Shown piece by piece: positions 1 to 10,181 of a stretch of 64,000 nucleotides of DNA. Source of the stretch: Entomortierella parvispora E1425 (taxonomy: Eukaryota; Fungi; Mortierellomycota); contig BQFW01000011.1 in assembly GCA_020891255.1 (NCBI GenBank), forward strand, positions 1,178,001-1,242,000, written 5' to 3'. The notes beneath the pieces were generated by a model. The model did not search any database. It had not been told where the DNA came from and saw nothing but the letters and a program-made list of their open reading frames with translations. How positions within the stretch are numbered: the stretch's first letter is position 1; every line of letters begins with the position of its first letter. The translations under genes were made by a program, and so were the position numbers.

Positions 1-1
1 T

Positions 2-3000
2 GTTGCGGTGCCACAGCCAAGTCTGAATCTTCCTCTTGGTTTTGAGGCCATGCAAGACCGCCAGTTTTTTCACCATCTTGCTCTTCAACAACACTGCTCT
101 TCAGCGACGGTATCACAGTCTTCCGCAACGCAGATCTCTCCTAACTCAACCGACTCTTCAAACGAGATGGTTTCATCGACCTTGTCCTCGCCATCATCAA
201 CATCCTCCTCAAGATATCATTCCCCATCGTCCTCTGTCGTCTGGGGATCCCCGCAACGGCCTTCAAAGTCACCTCTTCGGCTACCCTATCAAGTCACAAC
301 GCCCTTCTCTGATCTCCACAACCTCAAGAAGGACAAGGGGGTCTATAGGGCTTATCATCAACAAAGCAGCAGTATCACCAACGGACTTTTGAAACCAAGG
401 CTTTCATTCGATGCTCTGCCTCGCGAGGTTCGGATACATGTTTTTCGTTACTTGTCCACCTTTCAACTCATCCGCGTCTCAAGAGTAAGTAGCCTTTTTT
501 TCTCCTTTGGATCGAACTGATTGTGAACGCTATGTATATAATTCATTGACACATCTCAACTTTACTCTTTTGCTGGCCCTCTTAGGTCAGTCGAGCTTGG
601 CGCGGCGTGGCCATGGATGGATCTCTATGGAAGGTGATCGATACCACACGGTACTACAAGACTATTCAAGACAAGCAACTCCGAATTCTTGGGACAGCTG
701 CCTCAGGATTCTTGCGTTACGCCAATTTTCGGTAAGTTCCGTAAGCTGAAAGTGATTGCAGGCTTTTTTCTTCGTATTTATCCGCGATGGTATCTACCAA
801 CAACCAACACTACAACATTAACATCGTCCCATTTTCAACATAATAGTGGTTGCGTGCAGCTCTCTGCGGACTCGCTTCGTGCTATTGCTGAGCATTGTCC
901 CAACGTCGAGCATTTGGATTTGACTGGCTGTCATTCCGTGTCCTCCAAATCAATCGCCGATGTTTGCATGAACATGTCCTCACTGACACATCTCGATCTG
1001 GCTGGGCTTCAATCCGTCAACAACTATACCCTCCAAGCCATGGCCGTCTACTGCCGATCGCTTCAAGTCTTGAATCTGGCCTGGTGCAAACAAATATCAG
1101 GCACTGGTCTCTCCAAACTGACCAGGAGCTGTCAAGAATTGCGAAAGTTGAACGTCTCGGGTTGTTCAGCACTGGAGGATCGATGGATGCCTGTCATGGG
1201 AATGAACCTGCCAAAGCTCCGAGAACTTTGCTTGAATGGTTGTGGCTCCTTGACTGACAGGGGATTAATTGGACTTTTGTCGGGTCTTTCTGTTGCATCA
1301 AGCAAGAAGCATAGGCGGTGGAGGATTACGAGAAGAATGGCTTCCTCAGTAAGGGTCTCCAGCCTTGGTCACTTGTTGATCAACCAGAGTTCATGCAACG
1401 AAGATGATGACCAGGACGACGCTGATGATGTCGATAGCGACGGAGACGACGGGGACAAGGATGCCGACGAGAGCGAAAATGACGGTGATCCTGAGACCAT
1501 AGCTCCAGTCACCACTACTGCATCGTCCAACAGCTCAATGGGACTTCAGACGAAGTTGGTGTATCTTGGATTGTCCAATTGCCGCCTGTTAACCACAGAG
1601 TCGCTTCGTGCCATTGGCCATCATTGTGGACAAAACCTCTGTCGGCTAGAGCTCTCTGGCTGCGAGAACTTTGGTGATGAGGGTCTGTTGATCGTGGCTC
1701 AACACTGCAGGCAGCTTCGACTCTTGGATCTTGAGGATGTCACCCTTTTGACAGATGTCTCTCTTCGAGCATTTGGCTTGAATCTTCAAAAGCTGGAGCG
1801 GATCTGTCTTTCGTATTGCGAAAATGTGACGGATCAAGGTATTCTCAGGATGCTACGACCGGCTCCAAACCCGACTACTCTTTCAACGGCGAACCAAGCT
1901 ATGCTACTGAATAACTCAGAGGCGGCTAAACAGTGCTGTGGTCGATTGGTGCACCTCGAGTTGGACAACTGCGTACTTATCACTGACAGGATCTTGCTGG
2001 AGTTTGCAAATGTGATTGAAGAGCGAAAGGCCGCCGCTATGGAACGTCTTCGAGAGAGAGAGAGAAAGCGTGAAGAGCGAAGAGAACGAATCCGACAGAA
2101 AGCGCGCAAAATTTACTCCTCTCGGATGTGCGAGCAAGCGGAATCGATTGTGTACGCGGATGAGGGGCCTCATTATCAAGAGGCGTCGTGCTCTAGCTCA
2201 TCTACCCTGTCGACCGCAGTGGTATCTTCCTCATCATTTATCTCATCCGCGCCGGTGAATATCCCAGATCGACTCAATCATCAGAGACCCATGGCAGCCA
2301 TTCACGCATCTGTAGCCAGTCTTGCAGGCCCCCCATCTATCTCATCGTACTCGTCATCGCCACTGCAGCCCCGGAGTGTCCTAGCCTCAACGTTCATGTC
2401 TGGAGAAATTGTTCTCAAGAAAACACGTCCTGGAATGCGGATCATGGGACCATGTCGATCCAATTCATTGACACTTCCCATCAGCTCCGTTGGCGCATCC
2501 TCTTCACTTGGTTTGCCTTACTGGCCAACAACTTCATCAAACCTACAATCGACATCCTTGTCCAGATCTGCGACAGTCCCTGGATACTCCAGCAGAAGTC
2601 AAATTAACGTCCCAACTTCGGTGGCAACAGCTCATAGCCTGGCTACATTGAAAATAAGGCGCCGGAGACTGGTTCGGCCAACACTTCAGGTTTTTGATTG
2701 TCGCAATGTTACGCTTGAAGGCGTTGAGAGCGCTCAAGCCAGGTGTTCGACCCTAGCTATCAAAAGTTATTATTCGTGGAGTCACCCCTCGACCGCCACC
2801 GCTGTCGCTGCCACCGCGGTTTCACCCATGTCACATGCTGTGGCAGGATTCTCGTCGTCCTTGGTGGGATTTGGCAACAGTGGAGATCTTTCCAGTTTGG
2901 ATGGCCACGGTAATGCTGGTCTGTTGGAGTTCTATGACGACGAAGATGAAGAATTGGACGAGGACGGTAATAGTAGCCATAATCCAGGGAGCAGTAGCGG

Positions 3001-3202
3001 TCACGGAAGCAGCAGCAGCCTCAATGTATTGAACGAATCTCAGTCCAGTCTGCACCATTTGCAGTTGCAACACCAGCATCTGCAACAACAGCAAGAGCAA
3101 TTTTTAAGTCGCCGGAGTAGAGCAGCAAGGCTGTTACACCGCGCCCGCATGGGACTCATAGGTCGAGCTGGTGGCCAAGACTCACCCTGCTCCATACTTT
3201 AG
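2..3202 (+). CDS. F-box/leucine-rich-repeat protein, FBXL2/FBXL20-like (probably 5'-partial)
   Basis: Exons ~2-484, 586-731, 847-3202 (GT-AG). Spliced F-box LPREVRIHVFRYL..LIRVSRVSRAWRGVAMDGSLWKVID, then FRGCVQLS..HCPNVEHLDLTGC and repeated LxxLxLxxCxxxTD units. Ends in CaaX motif CSIL-stop. The frame is open back to the window start; first in-window ATG is at 50. Confidence 0.9.
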
Positions 3203-3352
3203 CGCGATTTTTTTTTCTTGTTTGTAGCCGTATGCTAGGCGAAAGAATAGGGTCTTTTTTCATAAAACATATCATGGCATAGCCAGTCGAATGTCAAAAT
3301 GATGATTCTTTCAATTGTATTTCAGACGATATTATGGTTGCGTAGGGTTGTT

Positions 3353-4601
3353 TTACAGATCCTTCTTGGACTCGGATTTGGCGCCAGCCTTGCTCTCAGC
3401 CTTCTCAGCCTTCTTGATAGCGGCCTTCTCAGCAGCCTCGGACTGGGGCTCCTCAGCAGCACCGGACAAGGCAGCGAAGGGGTTGTCGGCCTTCCAAGGA
3501 CGTCTAAGATCACCCTCAGCAGGCTTACCGAACAAGTGAACCTGAGCAAACTTGGACTGGAGAGCGTTCTTGACGGGGAGGATCGACTGAACGACCAAAG
3601 GGCGGATGACACCGAACTGGAAGTTCAAAAAGAGCATGAGGGCCAAGGAGATCAAGGCCTGCTTCTGGGCCTGAGCGTTCTGCTCCAAATCATAATCCAT
3701 GTTGGTGGTGGTAATAAGCTTGGGCTGCTCTCCAGACATGGGCTTGGGCTGATCGAGGTACTTAAGAACGGTGGTATCATTCTTGGACTGGATCTTCTTC
3801 TTGATCAAGAATGAGATTCCGAGAACGATGGCCTGAGCAGTGACATAGGCGCCCAAAATCATCTGCTTGGTCTTGGTATCCTCAAGATCGAGGCGCTAAG
3901 CGAGAGAGAGAGAAGCAATACAAGGAGGTACGTTAATAACAGTCGACCAAGAGAAGAGAAATTGAATCAATAAGAGAGGGTCGGCAGTTAAGCACCTACG
4001 TTTGTAACCTGCATACTGCCCATGACCAATGCCATGTTCATAATCTAAAAAAGGGATAAAACATGAGGCCAGAGTCAGTCATGATCGACTCTAGACCCAA
4101 GCAAATAAAGATCCCGTTTCCAAACATCCCGTTGTTTCCTGGTCTGTTGAAAGAGTTTGACAGACTACGTAGCCCCCCACCACTACATAACACCAGGCCA
4201 TCCAAATGCTGTTGAATCGATGTGCTGAAAGAAGCAGAAAAATCTCCCCGTTTCCGCATGGTCTTGCTATCAATTGACTGATCGAGCTCCAGGTTTGAAG
4301 GTGGAGATTCTGACGTGTTGTCATCATGACCAGTTTGTGTTCACCCTTCTGCCCATCAGCCATCATCTGTAATTCGTGTCCAAGAGCGAAGGGAATCCAG
4401 CTCCTCGCAACGTTAAAAAGTAGGATACTGGATGAACATCCTTGATGAGTAGGCGGGGAAAGAGACCCACTACGTTGATTCCTGACAGAGAGGTGTCTGC
4501 ATCCTGCTGTCCTGCCATAGGAGACCGTTGACTGATCGCTGTCCCACTGTGAGAATAAAAGAAAAAGGTCTCAGTCTTGAGTGCCTTACTTGTGCGTTCA
4601 T
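3353..4601 (-). CDS. PHO88: Pho88/Snd3 SRP-independent ER targeting protein
   Basis: Exons 4601-4590 (MNAQ), 4044-4000, 3895-3353. Product MNAQIMNMALVMGSMQVTNRLDLEDTK..KKIQSKND..TTNMDYD..PLVVQSILPVKNALQSKFAQVHLFGKPAEGDLRRPW matches the Pho88 family pattern. Confidence 0.9.
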
Positions 4602-5151
4602 CTTGAAGAAGTTAGGTAGGGTGTGAGAGAGGGGAAGAAGGAGGCAGTGAGGGGAAGGGGGAGAATGGATGAAGAAAGAAAAGAAAGGAAAGAAAGAAAG
4701 AGAGCAGGCCAATCTCGCCCAGATGAAAGAAGGCCAGAGAACAAGTTTGCGTCCAGTTTGCGTCGCCCTCCGTCTCGTTCATGTCTCTCTCCACCTTCCA
4801 CGCTGTCTTTTTGCTTCCTGACCAATCACAGCGCACCACTCACTGATCAAAAAACATCTTCACCCTCCCTGTGCGCAATGAAACCTCTTTAGATTGGAGC
4901 GCCTCTCTGTGCCTGTGCCCACGTTGTGGTGCCACCAATCCAATTGAGCATGCCACATGTGTTTTGGCTTCTATTTCTTGATACCCTCACCTCGTTCGTA
5001 GCCATTTCTGCTTATTCAAAGCCTTCAGTCATCCTTTATCTTGCCAATAGACGAGTGGCAATGACGTGCAAAGCAAACGACTTAGGCGCGATTTATTGCT
5101 TGATCTGTTGTTACTTGAATGGTAAATGCGATCGTGTCTTGCCATGCAAAC

Positions 5152-6336
5152 TTAGCAAACATGCTCGACGCGCTCCTCAACAGGGCAGTCTGGCTGTTGT
5201 GTCGGGTGAGCTGCTTTGAACTCCGGGATCTTTTCCAAAGTGGAGTTCACTCGGAAAAGAATAGGAAATGCGGTCATATCAACACCATAGCTACAACGAA
5301 TTGGGGAGAAGGTTAGAGCAGATGACCAAGGATGCGCTCATCACAATAACTGGACTTGGGAATCAAGAGCCAGCCGCACATTACCGGACTCCGTTGTAAA
5401 ATTGAGGGACAAGGACAAGATCCGCCATAGTAATCGAATCACCAAACGAGTACTTCCCGGCAGTCTTTTGAAGCATCCTTTCGAAGGCTATCGATTAAAC
5501 ACGGTAAGCCATCGCCTTGTTAGCCAGCGATGGTTTAATCTGCCACAATTCCATGCAAGACAGCTGTCCTGGACTTGAACGTCTCCCAGATCATTCGTTT
5601 ACCATTGAACCCTTCGACCAAGAAGTGATGAAGCCATTGACTTTCTTTCTCTTTGCCGATGTACTTGATGACCCTCATACTTTGCACAGGCTGAATGTCC
5701 ATCGCTATAGCCTGCACCAGAGCACGGACCTGGAAGAACGACAATAGTCAAAAATGGGCCAGATAGACATTGTTTCCGCATCAGTTAGAAATACAGATGC
5801 CTCTGTATTGTTCAGTCTTTCTTACAGTAGCACGATCCACGGGGTCCTTAGGAAGCAATGGAAACTCAGGCCTGGTCGTATGTGTATATGGTTTAGTATG
5901 TTAGTATGTTCGCGAACACGCTCTCGATGTTTCTATCGCATGCGGAGTTTCTCCGACACGCTGGTCATACTCCTTACCTAGTCTCGTCCAAATACTCAAG
6001 GATGGCGACAGATTCTACCAAAATGTGGCCGTTGGTGTTGACGTCGATAAGCGCAGGCACTGCTCCGAAAGGCTGAATCTTTTTGTATTCAACCGTTTTC
6101 TAGAATTTGAGGAAGAAAAATGGTTAGAGGTTGCACCGGCAATCTAAACATCCGTTGACAGTGTCCACTGCATCCTCAGAACATACGTTCTCTTCAGTCA
6201 GCAGATTGATGGGGCGAGTCTCGTAGGCTATTTTTTTCATGTGGAGCCCAAGACGAACTCTCCAAGAACAAGATGAACGGTAGAAAGCGTAAAGCACTGG
6301 TAAGGAGCTCAAGTCGGAGGGTTGAGCGAAGACCAT
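5152..6336 (-). CDS. maiA: Glutathione S-transferase zeta / maleylacetoacetate isomerase
   Basis: Six exons with GT-AG introns (donors at 6186, 5977, 5825, 5602, ~5382). Zeta-class motif [17 protein letters not shown], then [46 protein letters not shown] and C-terminal [13 protein letters not shown]. Confidence 0.9.
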
Positions 6337-6632
6337 GATGGAAAATGTCTGAACGAAGTGTCGTGGGAAGTTGGAATGGAGATAAAAGAGAGAATGCTTG
6401 ACCCTTTTAAAGCTTTGTGCTCGCTCTGCGCAGCAGAGAAACAGTCATCGGTTTTTTATGTCAATGGTGCCACAGAGTCGGAATGAATCAGAGAGTATAT
6501 ATTTGGGAGAATGCGATTGTCTATTGTACATAAAAGACCTGATCCGGGGGGATGCAAAAAGTTTGGACTAGGAAGGTTAGATTGAAGGAATGGTGAAGAG
6601 AGCCGAAAAGAATGTCATGAAAGATGAAAAGC

Positions 6633-7395
6633 TTAGGCTAAAAGAGCTGCAATCTTTTTCTTGATCTGTGCAGGCGTCTGTTGGTTGGGGTTCAGCTTGC
6701 GATCCCTGAACATCTTCTCGTAGTCATCGCCATACTTTTCAACCAACTTAGCGGCCCAAACCAACTCCCCCTCGGACTGATAACGCTCGACCTTCAAGAT
6801 ATTGGCAGCCTGGGCCTCCAAGGCACGGACAACGTCCGTCTTGGCCTTCACAGGCTCGACATCTCTCTCCATGATCTCGGCAAGCTCTTCCTTGGACTTC
6901 ACCTTGCCTACAATAACGTTGACAATGTTTCCAGCATCGTCTCGCTGAATGATGCCCTGTTCTGCTGTCAAGGACTCGGCCAGCTCCTCAAGCGACTTTT
7001 GTTCATTATCCATGAGCTCATCCTCGTCCTTGACCTCGATACCACCAGTTACTCCGTTCAATGAAGTCAACAGTCCCAAACGAGCATAGCTAAGGAAAGA
7101 GCAGAGAGAAAGATGATGGTTTCTGTTAGAACCTGATTCTCCCACTGCATTGATAGTCAGGCGCATGGACTTCCTCCTTTCCCAAACCACAGCCCTTAAA
7201 CCAGCTGGAAAGCAAGGCAAGGGAAGGAAGAGAAGGGTAGACATACTTTTGACGAAGTGTAGCTTTCTTGTCCCAATTGTCCCTGATGATCTTGTTGCCA
7301 GTGACATTAACCTTGCGCTTGTGCTTGTTGGCGGTATGGCGGGTGACCTTGCGGGAGGGGGTCTTAATGGTGCGTCTTTTACGAACGGTTGGCAT
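6633..7395 (-). CDS. NOP16: Nucleolar protein 16 (ribosome biogenesis)
   Basis: Exons 7395-7247 and 7089-6633. Basic N-terminus, NWDKKATLRQNYARLGL, and C-terminal LVEKYGDDYEKMFRDRKLNPNQQTPAQIKKKI are typical of Nop16. Confidence 0.9.
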
Positions 7396-7543
7396 GTTTG
7401 CTAGAGTGTGGTGGGGTTAATGAAAGAATTGGGAACTCACATGCACAAGGTGCTTTCTCGAGGCACAAAAAAAAAAGAAAAGAAAAAAAAATAACGGGTG
7501 GCTTAGACCACGTGACTACATGCGCCACCAATGTTTATTCTGC

Positions 7544-9619
7544 CTATATCGCTTTGATCTTGGCCTCGCTTAACATTTGCTCCGGTGTCAGGTTAGCAAT
7601 CTCATCGATAAAGGCAGCTCTGAAAGTTCCTGGACCATGGACATCGCTACGAGCTGCAGCGTGTTCTCCTGCAAGGTTGAGGGCAAGAATTCTAATACCA
7701 AGGAAGTGGTTAATCGCGATGAATTTTTCTTCAATTTCTAGCTTGATTTAAGTTACAAGGATAAGGCAGTTAGCTTACCCAGCAACGGCAGCAGCAAAGT
7801 GATCGTTAGGTGAAATTGCAGCAAAAGAAGCTATGGACGAAGCGACCATGCATCCGGACCCAGTGATACGACCCTGGTAAGCGTGGCCATTCTCAATGGC
7901 AACAGTTCTGTATCCATCAGAAACGTAATCGATAGTTCCAGTCATGGCAACAACGCAGTCTAATAAGAGGGAGCGAATAGGTGGTCAGGACAGTTTCTTC
8001 CCCAATCCTAAATTCAACGCCATTCAGAAAGCAAATTGTCTACCACTTACTCTCGCGTGTAGCAACAGCCTGGACAACAGCGGCAGGGTTAACGAATCCA
8101 TTGCCCAGACTGTCCACACCTCGCATGGCGATGCTCTCAGTGTCGCATCCAATAAGGCTTGCCACCGTCGAAATTTCTCCGGCGTTCCCTTTGATGATGT
8201 CCACATGCATCGCATTCAGGATCTTGCGAGTTGTCTCACGCCTGAGAGTAGTTGCGCCTGCTCCAACAGGGTCGAAAACCACTGGCTTGGATTGCCTATT
8301 GGCATGTTTTCCTGTTATGATACCAAATGTCAGCAAATATCCAATACGACAGCTCTAGACAAGTTTAAATGATAAAAATCTTCAAGAATAGTCCCTTACC
8401 AGCCTCATACATGCAGTCCACAAAAGACTCGGTCAAAGTTCCAATGTTGAGCACAACCGACGACACAACATTCGAAAGATCCTCAGCCTCGACGGCAGAA
8501 GGAGCCATGATAGGCGATCCACCAAGGGCCAGAGTGGCATTGGCGGTGTCGTTCATCACAACATAGTTGGAAACATGGTGGGTGAGAGGTGATTTTTCTC
8601 TCAAAGTCGTGAGCAATTGAGGAAGGGACTTGAGAACGCTGTCCACGGTTGCTCTACCTGTCATATCACCCTTAATCTTTTTGGTGGCAATGTCGAATCC
8701 AGCCTTGAATTCTGAGTGCAGCTTCTCCGATGCCACTTTAGCATCTTTAGCACCAACGATTCCGGTGACCACAGCAATACCGTCCAAGATGCGGCCATTG
8801 GCTCCAGCAGAGTGAATGATGACACGTCGAGTGTTGTCGTCCTTGATGCCCCCAATAACTACCGTCTTCAGAGGATGATCGGCAGGAAGAGCTTCGAGGA
8901 TAGTGCGGACACCAATGGGTCCCAATGTCCTCTTCGGTGACTTTGTCTGAGTCATGAAGCAGGTTCCGATTCCGATATAATCTGCCCCATCTGCTAATGC
9001 CTTCTTAGCCTCTTCTGGTGTACCGGTTGAAATGCCTAGGATTTTGTTGGGACCTAGCAATTGGCGCGCTTTAACGCATGAGATGTCGTCCTGTCCAACA
9101 TGAGCTCCCTCCGCATCAATTGCCAGCGCAACCTCGATGTTGTCGTTGATCAACAGAGGGACGTTATACTATTTTTTTTTTTTTTTTTTTTTGAAAAAGA
9201 GAAAGAATTAGATTCTTGCCAACGACTACATGAGGAGGGGGCCGGCTTTCCTCATGGTTGCTTATTTTGAACGACCATCATTTCCGAGACGAGCCACGTA
9301 GTGTCAAACACAAAGCAAAGAGGGATCCGAGGTATGAAAATCGATATATATTGTATGACCCCCTCCCTGCTGATCAATGCACAGTCATGAAGGGCTTTAA
9401 GCGATTAAATGACCAGTGGAGTACCTTCTTCGTAATAGCGTGCACCTTACGGGCCAAGTCGATGAAGGCGTCGGTGGGAAGATCCTTCTCGCGCAGCTGC
9501 ACCAAAGTTACTCCGCCGAGGATCGAATCTTCAACGGACTGGAGCAGGGTCCTGGAGGGGTGGTTTAGTCCCGAGTCGGTGACGAGGTAAAGGGAGTAGT
9601 CGACAACGGGTTTTGACAT
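7544..9619 (-). CDS. THI6: Bifunctional thiamine-phosphate synthase (ThiE) / hydroxyethylthiazole kinase (ThiM)
   Basis: Exons 9619-9425, 9168-8400, 8311-8051, ~7959-7780, ~7691-7544. ThiE motifs VDYSLYLVTD, VQLREK, LINDNIEVALAIDAEGAHVGQDD and ADYIGIG. ThiM motifs PLTHHVSNYVVMNDTANATLALGGSPIM, DPVGAGATTLR, IIKGNAGEI and ITGSGC. Confidence 0.93.
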
Positions 9620-10181
9620 TTCAGAGAAAAGAGATTGAGGAATGAGGAGGAATGAGAAAGAATGGACAAGAAGAAAGGGAGAATACGGGGTGGTGGACTG
9701 AGATTCGAAGGGATGAGTGTCATTTTAAGGTTTATTTGGGTTGGGGGACATGGACTCCCAAAGAACTCAGATTGCGCGTACAGGTGGGTGCCAAGAATAC
9801 ATCCAGGGTCATTCTGATTCTTCATGCACTGTCGTAGCAATGGCAGCCCCAAGGGGGTTGCACCTACCTGGCTGCAGTACGACCTGCGTTCGCTGCATGC
9901 TCCTGGAGAAGGCCCACAACCCGCACAACCTGCACAACGGCACAACCGTGTCCTCCCGACTCCTCGTTGATGATTTCCATCTCCGCACAGGACGCAAGAT
10001 ACGCCCTTCTTTGGCTTGGGGCAGTCATGGCGCTGTTCTTGCTTCTTGTTTCTCCTTCTCTCTGTTCTTCCAGGCCTTCTTCCCTGTCTTCGTTTCTCGT
10101 GTCTTTTATCTGTGATATTCCCCTCCTACTCCGACTTCCCACGATTACTCATTTGCCTTTACATTACTTGATCGTTGTAAC
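9620..10181. promoter_or_regulatory. Shared bidirectional promoter region of THI6 and THI20
   Basis: 562 bp between the divergent ATGs at 9619 (-) and 10182 (+). Pyrimidine-rich leaders face each gene, and CACAAC is repeated four times at 9915-9946. Confidence 0.7.

Noticed and set aside
3299-3814. 171-aa plus-strand ORF
   Set aside because: Antisense to PHO88 exon 3.
4045-4589. Long PHO88 intron 1 (also the kinase and CARNMT1 long introns) as snoRNA hosts
   Set aside because: No convincing C/D box pair at suitable spacing with an rRNA-complementary guide was found by eye; a covariance-model search would be needed.
9680-9730. GGGGTG..CTGAGA resembling the start of a TPP riboswitch near THI6
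   Set aside because: It is on the wrong strand for THI6 and lacks the downstream ACCC..GAxCTGAT..GGxTAATxCC..GCG..GG elements; no riboswitch core was seen in THI6 or THI20 introns either.
9864-10142. 92-aa minus ORF inside the THI6/THI20 spacer
   Set aside because: No recognisable domain; partly derived from the pyrimidine-rich THI20 leader and the CACAAC repeat.
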